Shown piece by piece: positions 25,595 to 33,481 of a DNA stretch of 34,997 nucleotides. The first letter of the stretch is position 1; every line of letters begins with the position of its first letter. The notes beneath the pieces were generated by a model. The model was given only the letters and a program-made list of their open reading frames with translations. It did no database searches and was not told where the DNA came from. Source of the stretch: an uncultured bacterium (GTDB taxonomy: Bacteria > Hydrothermota > UBA3073); the NCBI GenBank assembly GCA_964422625.1, contig CAYRBN010000003.1, positions 1-34,997 on the forward strand, read 5' to 3'. The position numbers and the translations under genes are program-made.

Positions 25595-27071
25595 CGTGCT
25601 TGGGGTCGGTCTTAGGACAGCCGACGAGATGCCCTTTCCCGATCGCGTATACATCATCAATGACCATCTGGAAGTTAGGTTCGCGCCCTTCGCTCTTCCC
25701 CCGTTCGGCGAGCTTCTCCTGATGGAACTCCTTCACTTCCCGGTTGAACGGCAGGTCGCCTGTGGAGAGGAATCTAACCGCCCCTTCTTTGTCGCGCGCC
25801 GGCAGCATTGCCCCATGGGTATGCCGACTCGGAGCAAACGGCACATCAATCACCCCGGCTTCGAACCCCCTGACCGATCCCAAGGCCCAGTCTCCATCGC
25901 CTAGCTCGAGTATCTTATCGATGATCTGCGCAACCTCGGTCTTGATCATCCTCTTCTCAATGTCCAGCTTCTTGGTCTGTTCGATCGACTGTTCTTTGAG
26001 CATCTCCACGATCTGCCTGGTCGCCCGCAACCCTTGCACGTTCGCCTCGCGGGTCGGAACACCGACCGCTTCATGGGGGGTCTTGACGATGATCTTGTTT
26101 GCCTTAGCCATGGCCGCCACGACCGCGCCCCAGGATATCACAGCGAATGCCCTCGCTTCATCCTGAGGAAAACCACCCATCCATTGGTGGAAGACCGTGG
26201 TTACGGTAACATCAGAGAAACCCTCCTGAGCAAGATAATTATCGGCCAGCTCGCGCAACGTTTGAATCGCTGCCACATCCTGCAAAAAATGGCCGTTCTG
26301 CCCACAACCGAAGGTGATGTTTTTCACTCCTTGCTTCGCTGCAAGTACCCCTTCTATGATTCCCACCACATGCGAGATAGAAGGGGGGATCAAAGTGCCG
26401 GTCAAAGTCCCGTACAGTTCACGGTTGATATGTACCCCGTGCTCGTGGTAGTAGCCGACCAGTCGATCAACGTACTGCCAGGAAGAGATCGTCGATTCGA
26501 GGGAGACATCCTTAGCATAAGGGATGTTGTACCCGATTCCTCCTCCTTCGAAGTCGGTGAACCCACCGGCAAGGGTGATCTCGGCGAGGAGCCTGGCGTC
26601 GGGAGTACCGTGGCGGACCTGCAATGGCCGCTTGAGCGCATCCACCAGTCGCCGGCAAGAGGCGACACCGTAGTTGACAGCAGGGAATCCGTTGAGCATC
26701 GACCGCCCCATCTGCTTACTCTCCTTGATCCCATTGTCCGCGTCCTCGTACCGATTCTGACGGGTATAACTGTCTATTGTCGTCGGGAGGATATCGGCCT
26801 CCCCCTCATCCTGCAGGAAGCGAAGCAGTTTGATCTGCTCATCGATGAGAGTTACACCTGCACGTGGTTGGACGAGAGTGCGACCTTCTTTAGCTGCCCG
26901 GTCCAGGACTGTTACGACGTTCTTCTTCCCGGGGAGATCTTTATGGTACGCAAATGCGTCATCTATATCTACATCTTTGCCGGTCGGCCAGAAGGTGAGG
27001 ACCTTCTTCCGCTCCTCTAAGAATACCTCTTCGGGCAACCGCTGATCACTGAACCCTTTTTCATTCATCAT
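25581..27071 (-). CDS. glmE: Glutamate mutase (methylaspartate mutase) epsilon / E subunit
   Basis: 496 aa with WPTGKDVDIDDA...LVQPRAGVTLIDEQIKLLRFLQDEGEADILPTTIDSYTRQNRYEDA. Confidence 0.92.
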   Translation of the reverse strand: MMNEKGFSDQRLPEEVFLEERKKVLTFWPTGKDVDIDDAFAYHKDLPGKKNVVTVLDRAAKEGRTLVQPRAGVTLIDEQIKLLRFLQDEGEADILPTTIDSYTRQNRYEDADNGIKESKQMGRSMLNGFPAVNYGVASCRRLVDALKRPLQVRHGTPDARLLAEITLAGGFTDFEGGGIGYNIPYAKDVSLESTISSWQYVDRLVGYYHEHGVHINRELYGTLTGTLIPPSISHVVGIIEGVLAAKQGVKNITFGCGQNGHFLQDVAAIQTLRELADNYLAQEGFSDVTVTTVFHQWMGGFPQDEARAFAVISWGAVVAAMAKANKIIVKTPHEAVGVPTREANVQGLRATRQIVEMLKEQSIEQTKKLDIEKRMIKTEVAQIIDKILELGDGDWALGSVRGFEAGVIDVPFAPSRHTHGAMLPARDKEGAVRFLSTGDLPFNREVKEFHQEKLAERGKSEGREPNFQMVIDDVYAIGKGHLVGCPKTDPKHDEDF

Positions 27072-28492
27072 CTCTCCTCCTGGTGAACTTCTACCAGATA
27101 TCGGGTTAAGAGTTTGAACGCTGTCCTGGGCATCTGCTTTGCCAGCAGCCCGGCTGAGGCTATGATGTAATCCTTATCTATGTAAAATATTCCTTCTGTC
27201 GGTGTGAGGACATCTACTTGATCCGCTCGCCGTACAGCCCCTGCAAGCACACAACGCGGTGTTTGATGGTGGACAAGAACCCCTCCGGTGCCGATGATTC
27301 TTCGCACCATAGTCAGGTCTTTGCCACGCTGGATGGTTATCTTCCCGTGGGGAGTGAAGAGGTAGTTTAACTTACCGGCATGGCGTGTTACAGCCATCTC
27401 CACCGCTGTGCGAGCAATGATACTCTCTAACACTATCTCTCGCTCGGAAGTGCATATCCGGTCGCTCTCCTGGCTGATCATCTTTACGAAACGCTCCAAC
27501 TCAGTGATAGTAAATCGCTTCTCCTTGTCCAATTGAACCCCGATACGCAGCAAATCAGATTCCTCTATCGCCGCCATTAGGCTGGCCGCACTGTAGCGCA
27601 TTCCCATGTCGCCTTCCACTGTCCGCTTGTCCCAGGGTTCGATCAGCCCCTTGCGAACCACCCCCGGAAGGGTAGGGTCCCCACCAGCCATGGAGTGGAC
27701 ATCGGTCGTTGCTCCGCCTATATCTACGACGATCAGCTCACCCCAACCTTTGTTTTGACCATCCCCTCGAGCGAGCAACCGGGCAGCATCCATCACAGCG
27801 GACGGCGTGGGCATGACGACTCCATCGATCAAATCCTGAATTCTATCAAGCCCTTTGGCGACGACGATCTTCTCCAGGAAGAGTTTGCGGATCGCCTCGC
27901 GCGCCGGCTCGATGTTCAAAGTTTCCAGCTGAGGCATTACATTGTCGGCAACCCGGACATCCTTGCCAGCCCGTCGCAGGATATCAGCCACCTCGTCTTG
28001 CGCAACCTTGTTCCCGGCAACAATGATCGGTGCAGTTAAATCAGATCGGGCAAGCAGACGGGCGTTGTGCAGAATTGTATTACTGTTGCCGCCGTCGATC
28101 CCACCGGCGAGGAGAATGATATCGGCCTCTACTCGGTCGATGGCGGTGATTTCGCTCTTGCTCAGATTGAAGGAGAAAGTCTGTAGGAGTTTAGCCCCCG
28201 CTCCAAGCACTGCCAACTTTGCGGCTTCAGCGGTCAGACTTGGGATCAACCCGATCGCCACCATGCGCAACCCACCTGCGGCACTGCTGCAGGCCAGTTT
28301 GAGATCAGTCCGGGAGAAAATCGGGCCGATCTGCTCCTCCACCTGCGCAACCGCACGGTGGAGTCCATCACTGACATCACGGCCGATCGTTGTCGGCGCC
28401 TTACCGACCGCGAGGATAGTCGCCTGCTCGCAATCGACGGCGACCACTTTGGTAAAAGTGCTCCCAATATCACATAGAATCGCAACTGCCAT
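27068..28492 (-). CDS. glmL: Glutamate mutase accessory / reactivase protein GlmL (MutL)
   Basis: 474 aa in the ASKHA-like fold (CDIGSTFTKV, VVDIGGATTDVHS). It sits between glmS and glmE as in clostridial operons and overlaps the glmE start (ATGATGA). Confidence 0.85.
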   Translation of the reverse strand: MAVAILCDIGSTFTKVVAVDCEQATILAVGKAPTTIGRDVSDGLHRAVAQVEEQIGPIFSRTDLKLACSSAAGGLRMVAIGLIPSLTAEAAKLAVLGAGAKLLQTFSFNLSKSEITAIDRVEADIILLAGGIDGGNSNTILHNARLLARSDLTAPIIVAGNKVAQDEVADILRRAGKDVRVADNVMPQLETLNIEPAREAIRKLFLEKIVVAKGLDRIQDLIDGVVMPTPSAVMDAARLLARGDGQNKGWGELIVVDIGGATTDVHSMAGGDPTLPGVVRKGLIEPWDKRTVEGDMGMRYSAASLMAAIEESDLLRIGVQLDKEKRFTITELERFVKMISQESDRICTSEREIVLESIIARTAVEMAVTRHAGKLNYLFTPHGKITIQRGKDLTMVRRIIGTGGVLVHHQTPRCVLAGAVRRADQVDVLTPTEGIFYIDKDYIIASAGLLAKQMPRTAFKLLTRYLVEVHQEER

Positions 28493-28498
28493 TGGACC

Positions 28499-28933
28499 TC
28501 AGACCTCGGACTTCGGACTTCGGACTTCCAAATCTGCCTTCAGATCGCGAATCGGACCATCGGGCAACGTCCCCTGGGGGTAGACCCGGTCGAAACCCAT
28601 CCTCAGAAAACGCTCTTTCACCTCGTCCCAGTCCTGCTTACCTATCACCAGATTGCCGCCGATGTAGATTATGATATCATTCAGCCCAGCTTCTATGCAT
28701 CGTTCCCGGAACCCCTGACAGTCAAGCTCGCCATGGCCGTAGAGGGAGGAAACAAGAATCGCATCAGCATCCGCCTCTATCGCCGCCTCAATAAAATCTT
28801 GTTGTGAAGAAAGCACTCCGATGTTAACTACATGAAAGCCTGCTTCGGTGAATGCATAGTCGAGGATCTTGTTCCCCACTGCATGGACATCGGCTCCGAT
28901 AACACCTAATATCACGGTCTTTCGATCCTTCAT
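28499..28933 (-). CDS. glmS: Glutamate mutase sigma / S subunit (cobalamin-binding)
   Basis: 144 aa with the B12-binding DxHxxG motif ([12 protein letters not shown]). The last 8 codons (EVRSPKSEV) are encoded by the (AAGTCCG)x3 array. Confidence 0.9.
   Translation of the reverse strand: MKDRKTVILGVIGADVHAVGNKILDYAFTEAGFHVVNIGVLSSQQDFIEAAIEADADAILVSSLYGHGELDCQGFRERCIEAGLNDIIIYIGGNLVIGKQDWDEVKERFLRMGFDRVYPQGTLPDGPIRDLKADLEVRSPKSEV
28507..28527 (-). repeat. (AAGTCCG)x3 heptamer array forming the 3' end of glmS
   Basis: The plus strand reads CGGACTTCGGACTTCGGACTT. The same unit occurs at 11958-11987. Confidence 0.85.
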
Positions 28934-28949
28934 TCTATGTCAACGGTCC

Positions 28950-29086
28950 GGTGCACGTACAAAAACAACCTTGCAGACAACTAGTAGAGTATGTAACCAC
29001 AAGGGTTGCCCCTACATTGTAGGGACAGGGTTTATCCCTGTCCGCAGACCAGTTTTACCATCATAAACTGACTTTTTGCACAGCCT
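28950..29086 (-). mobile_element. Family-A element copy A5, in the glmS / sucD-like spacer
   Basis: CGTACAAAAACAACC...CCACAAGGGTTGCCCCTACATTGTAGGGACAGGGTTTATCCCTGTCCGCAGACC...GACTTTTTGCACAGCCT. The left boundary is uncertain by a few nt. Confidence 0.75.
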
Positions 29087-29113
29087 CAAGTGACTGCATC
29101 TCTTTTCAATATA

Positions 29114-30010
29114 CTAGTTCAAGGCCTGCTGCAACAGGGGAATGATGTCATTAAACCGCTCGGCAACGTGCGCTCCTGCCTGACGCAACCGCTCGATCTT
29201 GCTAGACGGACGTCCTGCATCCCCCTCTATCATCGCTGCGGCATGTCCAAAGACCGTTCCCGACGGTAGCTGCTCGGTGAACCTCCCGGCTACATAGGCA
29301 ATGAGCGGTTTACTGAACTCGCCGGACTCCAGGGAGTCGCTTACCTGCTCTTCAAAACTGGTCCCCGGCTCTGCGAAGAGGACTACCGCTTCGGTAAGGT
29401 CGTCCTGTTCGAATAGCGAGAGCAGGGTATGTGGTTTCGTGCCGACCAGGGCGTCCCCGCCGATGCTAACGCTGGTGCTTACCCCGTAACCCGCTCTCTT
29501 GACCATCCATGAGCATTCAGCTGTCATCCCGCCGCTGCGCGAGATGACACCAACGGTCCCTGGGACGAAACAGCGCTCAACATTATCCCCGCCAATCGGA
29601 CCGAGCTTGCACCTCTCAGCCGGGCTGATGATGCCTACAGAGTTAGGTCCAATGATCTGTACACCGTGGACATGAGCCGACTGCAACAGCTTAAGTGCGT
29701 CCATCTGGGGGATATTCTCTGTAATGATGATGATCAGTTCAATCCCGTTGTCGACCGCTTCCAGGACCGCGTCCAGAACCGCTGCCGGGGGAACATAGAC
29801 AATACTTGTGTTTAACGGATGACTCTTGCACGCCGCCTTGATCGTGTCGTAGACCGGAACACCTTCCACATTTTGCCCGCCACGTCCTGGGGTGACTCCG
29901 GCGACTACCGGTGTCCCGTAGTCGAGCATCTGCTTTGCGACCATCGTCGCCTCGCGTCCTGTGATCCCCTGGATCAGAACCCGCGATTCTTTACCAACCA
30001 GGATAGCCAT
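29114..30010 (-). CDS. Succinyl-CoA synthetase alpha-like subunit of an ADP-forming acyl-CoA ligase (MtkB/SucD family)
   Basis: 298 aa from the ATG at 30010, preceded by GGGAGGGAG. The stop and start overlap as TAATG. It has the CoA-binding motif LIQGITGREAT...VAGVTPGRGG and the phosphohistidine motif FGHAAAMI. Confidence 0.8.
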   Translation of the reverse strand: MAILVGKESRVLIQGITGREATMVAKQMLDYGTPVVAGVTPGRGGQNVEGVPVYDTIKAACKSHPLNTSIVYVPPAAVLDAVLEAVDNGIELIIIITENIPQMDALKLLQSAHVHGVQIIGPNSVGIISPAERCKLGPIGGDNVERCFVPGTVGVISRSGGMTAECSWMVKRAGYGVSTSVSIGGDALVGTKPHTLLSLFEQDDLTEAVVLFAEPGTSFEEQVSDSLESGEFSKPLIAYVAGRFTEQLPSGTVFGHAAAMIEGDAGRPSSKIERLRQAGAHVAERFNDIIPLLQQALN

Positions 30011-31248
30011 TATTCCACTCCCTCCCATTGATCATAATCCGGATAGGCCCTGCGCATCTTCTCAACCATCAGTATAGCGGCTTCATCGAGGGTGATATCA
30101 TCGCCGTGGTAATCGATCCCAGCAGAGATAAATATCTGTCGCCCTTCCTCATCATGGGTACCGGCTTCGCGTACAACGACCGGAAATACTTTACTATCTA
30201 TCCCCATCTCGTCGAGTGCAGCAACGACCCCCTTGGCCATCAGATCAATTTGGGTATTGTTAGTAATGTTATGTGCCAAAAACAGTCCTTTAACTCCGGG
30301 TTTGGAAAGAATCCCCTTACACAAACTGTGGACCTTGCTCTCCGGAGGATTCCCGCCTATCTCGCTGTAGTTCGCCGGCCGGCCGCCGGCCCGTCTCAAG
30401 GCGTCCATCAGCAACAAACTGGCTCCGCCTCCACCGCACATGAACCCGATGTCACCACCGTCGAACTCGGTATAACGGGCAGTACCGCGGTAGGACTCCT
30501 TCGCACTCGCCTCAATCAGATTCTTCTCCAGTGCGGTGAGTGGACGCCAGGTGCGATCACTACCCGGCTGGACCATATGGGACAGTGCAGACTGGCGGTA
30601 GAGAGCGTTTTCATCTATGTTCAATACACAGTCAGCAGCAACGATCGTCTCCTCCTCGGTCAGCACGAGCGGGTTGATCTCGACCAGCATAGCGTCGTAT
30701 CTAACGAACATCTGATAGAGGCGGATAAGGATCGTGCTTGCCTGGCGCAGAGGCTTGCCGGTCAGACCGAGGTCGGACCATATCTCGATCGCCTTGTACC
30801 CAGGCAGGCCAACGAGAGGATCTATATGGGTCTTGCTCACCTTGTCAGGATGCTCACGACTCAGCTGTTCGATATTCACCCCGCCCAATGAGCTTGTCAC
30901 AATAGCCACCCGTTGGGCAGATTTATCTATGGTGATCGACAGGTAGAACTCCCGTGCGATCGCCAGCTTCTGCTCTACCAACACCTGCTCAACCGGATAG
31001 CCGGATACGGTCATTCCCAGTATCTTCTCCGTTCGTTCTATCGCCTCTTTCTCGTTCTCGGCAAAGGCGATTGCCCCTGCCTTCCCCCGTTTCCCTATCG
31101 GGATCAGCGCTTTGATCACCACAGGAAAAACAATCTCCTGAGCAAACTGCGCAGCCAGTGCGGCGGTCGATGCAGCCCTGCCTGTAGGAATAGGGATATT
31201 ACACTCTGCCAGCAGGCCCTTTCCATGGTCTTCGAGAATACGTGCCAT
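30010..31248 (-). CDS. Succinyl-CoA synthetase beta-like (ATP-grasp) subunit (MtkA/SucC family)
   Basis: 412 aa with N-terminal MARILEDHGKGLLAECNIPIP (compare the SucC ATP-grasp start) and C-terminal ANYSEIGGNP. AGGAGG lies upstream. Confidence 0.75.
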   Translation of the reverse strand: MARILEDHGKGLLAECNIPIPTGRAASTAALAAQFAQEIVFPVVIKALIPIGKRGKAGAIAFAENEKEAIERTEKILGMTVSGYPVEQVLVEQKLAIAREFYLSITIDKSAQRVAIVTSSLGGVNIEQLSREHPDKVSKTHIDPLVGLPGYKAIEIWSDLGLTGKPLRQASTILIRLYQMFVRYDAMLVEINPLVLTEEETIVAADCVLNIDENALYRQSALSHMVQPGSDRTWRPLTALEKNLIEASAKESYRGTARYTEFDGGDIGFMCGGGGASLLLMDALRRAGGRPANYSEIGGNPPESKVHSLCKGILSKPGVKGLFLAHNITNNTQIDLMAKGVVAALDEMGIDSKVFPVVVREAGTHDEEGRQIFISAGIDYHGDDITLDEAAILMVEKMRRAYPDYDQWEGVE

Positions 31249-31287
31249 ATCTGATACTTCCTCCTAACTTGCGATAAGATTAATTAG

Positions 31288-31437
31288 TGTCCGGTGAATA
31301 ATTCGTTTTTTGCGTAGCTAAAGCTACGCTACTACACGGGATGGATATCCAAAGCTAATGTAGTAGCGGATCTTTAGATCCGCCCCAAAAAGGAATATCC
31401 ATATTGATTGTGGTTTTAGCATTTTTCCAGCGGTAAC
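31288..31437 (+). mobile_element. Family-B element copy B5 (150 bp), in the citE-like / sucC-like spacer
   Basis: TAATTAG (31281-31287) | TGTCCGGTGAATAATTCG...TTTTTCCAGCGGTAAC | TAATTAC (31438-31444). The right repeat contains the citE-like stop codon. Confidence 0.85.
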
Positions 31438-31440
31438 TAA

Positions 31441-32310
31441 TTACTCCGCCCTTTGTATATCATTGGCAAGGGCGAGAAGCCTCTCTGCATTGCGGGCGAC
31501 AGGATAGTCAATGAATTTACCGTTGTCAAGCATTATTGCCGCATGCCCGGCGGATTCAGCTTCCCTGAACGCAGCCACGACACGCTCGGCATAGGCGATC
31601 TCCTCTTGCGATGGAGAAAAGACCTCATTTACCGGCTCTATCTGTGCAGGATGGATGACCAGTTTCCCTTGAAAGCCAAGCTTGCGCCCTACGCCCGCAT
31701 CAGCGAGCAGACCGGAAGGGTTCTTGATCTCAGGATAGACAGTATCAATCGGCGGTTCCAACTCAGCGGCGGCAGAGGCGTTGACAAGGTGTGAACGAGC
31801 ATAGAGGATCTCGACCCCGCCTTTCTCTAACTGAACATTGATATCGGTGGTATAGTCTATTGCCCCAAAGCAAAGTCGGCGTACACGCGCGACGCTCGTA
31901 GCGATATCGTAGGCGTTGTGAACACCGGCGGCATTCTCCACCAGCGGGATGAGGTCTATTGAACCGAGAGGAAGTGACCGCTCCTTCTCCAGATGTGAGA
32001 GGTACCAATCGACCTTGATCAGATCGACTGCTTTCTCCGTCTTAGCAAGGACGATCCCATCCAGGTGAGATGAGACGACAGCAGCTAGATCACCAATAGT
32101 AAGCCCAGTGGAAAGGGCATTAACTCGCACATAGCAGGGACGATCGCGAGAGGTCATCAACACCTCTGCAATTGACTTGCGCGTCGCTGCCTTCTCAGCG
32201 ACCGGTACCGAATCCTCCAAATCGAGGATGACGACATCGGCGTTGAGCTGCAACGCTTTCTCCACACGCCGGGACACATTTCCCGGGGCAAACAGCAAGG
32301 AACGAAACAT
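31441..32310 (-). CDS. CitE / HpcH-HpaI family acyl-CoA lyase (malyl-, beta-methylmalyl- or citramalyl-CoA lyase-like)
   Basis: 289 aa from the ATG at 32310 (MFRSLLFAPGN...). It has VILDLEDSV and the overall citrate-lyase beta pattern. The substrate cannot be read from the sequence. Confidence 0.8.
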   Translation of the reverse strand: MFRSLLFAPGNVSRRVEKALQLNADVVILDLEDSVPVAEKAATRKSIAEVLMTSRDRPCYVRVNALSTGLTIGDLAAVVSSHLDGIVLAKTEKAVDLIKVDWYLSHLEKERSLPLGSIDLIPLVENAAGVHNAYDIATSVARVRRLCFGAIDYTTDINVQLEKGGVEILYARSHLVNASAAAELEPPIDTVYPEIKNPSGLLADAGVGRKLGFQGKLVIHPAQIEPVNEVFSPSQEEIAYAERVVAAFREAESAGHAAIMLDNGKFIDYPVARNAERLLALANDIQRAE

Positions 32311-32466
32311 GATCAATCTCAAAATAGCAATGTTTATCGCCTACTACAACTCCACCAATCGGCGGTATAAAATATTGCGCAGCAAAGCAGAAGAGTGGTA
32401 CATGTTTAGCGTTCATCTGTCAAGCAAGCTCAACCACAGGAGACGATCGTTAGTTTGATTATCTCC

Positions 32467-32495
32467 ATTATACCATAGAAATTCTAATTTGTCAA
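32467..32495 (-). promoter_or_regulatory. Sigma-70 type consensus promoter upstream of the GC-rich operon
   Basis: On the minus strand: TTGACA (32495-32490), 17-nt spacer, TATAAT (32472-32467). An AT-rich leader of about 150 nt runs to 32310. Confidence 0.75.
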
Positions 32496-32528
32496 GATTT
32501 TTTTTTGACACACAACCATCTCACTCCA

Positions 32529-33407
32529 TCAAAACCTTACACTCCCAGAAATCCTTGTGTTCACTCCAAGTTCGTGTTGGCTCTGTCCGTAGTCTATTCT
32601 GAAACTGCCGATTTTGAGGCCCACACCAAAAGAGGGATCTCCTCTATCCAATCCCACCCTTACTGCAAATCTCTCTCTATATACATATTCAAGTCCTATA
32701 TAAGGATCACTCTTTAGGACATCAAGTTTCGTAATTTTACCCTCCAAATCTGTATCAAGTCCTGCTGCTATCACAAGGGTTCCATCAAACCTTTCAATAG
32801 GAATCTTATATGATACCCCTGTTCTCAAGAGAGGTGGAATTATTTCCCTTGTATTAGTGCTCCAGAATAGGACAGTAGTCGTGAGATTCTGGATAGAAAG
32901 CCCAAATGAAAAAGGAGGAAGATCATAGAGTAGACCACCATCTATACCAATCCCATAAGCAGTTCCCTCTCTGAAATTTCTGTATATCGCCATGAGAGTC
33001 ACACCCAGCGAGAGATTGGGATATATCGCATTTCTACCATAAGTAAAGTAGAATATCCAATCGTCTACATCCAAGGTGTCCAAGGGAATGGTATCGTCAG
33101 TGAATATCATATCCGGAATTCTTATCTGCCTGAGTGCAATTCCTATACCCTCGGTCTCCCCTGAGATAGCAAATGAGATGGCGTTATAGTTCACTATTCC
33201 ACCAAAACCCGGAGAGTGGAAAAGGAATATCTCTTTTCCTTTTCCCCTTACAATACAGGCAGGATTCCAGAAAGGAGCCTCTGCAGCCTCTGCCAGGGTA
33301 ACATAAGCAGAGCCTAATCCTTGTGCCCTTCCCCCGACAGGAAACAGTAGAAATTCGCCGGCATACTTTGCCCCAAATGATATTAGAAATGAGAGAAGGA
33401 GAGTCAT
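32529..33407 (-). CDS. Outer-membrane beta-barrel protein, PorV/PorQ-like
   Basis: Start chosen at MTLLLSFLISFG. GEFLLFPVGGRAQGLGSAYVTLAEAAEAPFWNPA resembles the N-terminal signature of PorV/PorQ-type barrels. The rest has an alternating beta-strand pattern and ends in a terminal F. Confidence 0.45.
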   Translation of the reverse strand: MTLLLSFLISFGAKYAGEFLLFPVGGRAQGLGSAYVTLAEAAEAPFWNPACIVRGKGKEIFLFHSPGFGGIVNYNAISFAISGETEGIGIALRQIRIPDMIFTDDTIPLDTLDVDDWIFYFTYGRNAIYPNLSLGVTLMAIYRNFREGTAYGIGIDGGLLYDLPPFSFGLSIQNLTTTVLFWSTNTREIIPPLLRTGVSYKIPIERFDGTLVIAAGLDTDLEGKITKLDVLKSDPYIGLEYVYRERFAVRVGLDRGDPSFGVGLKIGSFRIDYGQSQHELGVNTRISGSVRF

Positions 33408-33481
33408 ATCAGAATTAGGAGTAATGGAACAAGTTCGACCTTTGCAATTAGAGAGACTGATTGCCACAGATAACTAATAGT

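Noticed and set aside
26034-27020. Long + strand ORFs inside the GC-rich block: 328 aa at 26034-27020, 287 aa at 30028-30891, 213 aa at 27942-28583, 138 aa at 24166-24582, and others.
   Set aside because: They are antisense to well-supported genes (glmE, sucC-like, glmL, mal). They have Arg/Ser/Pro-rich low-complexity composition with no recognisable motifs. They are the usual shadow ORFs of GC-rich coding DNA.
32311-32466. A cobalamin riboswitch in the roughly 150-nt leader of the operon encoding the B12-dependent mutase.
   Set aside because: Reading the minus-strand leader, I could not find a B12-box-like element or the conserved paired regions. This needs a covariance-model scan to be definitive.
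24262-32495. The GC-rich block as an assembly chimera from another organism.
   Set aside because: Host-specific repeats (A5, B5, the AAGTCCG array), a host-type promoter and the C cassette are interleaved with the GC-rich genes on both sides and internally. This is hard to obtain by misjoining. It still deserves a read-level check.
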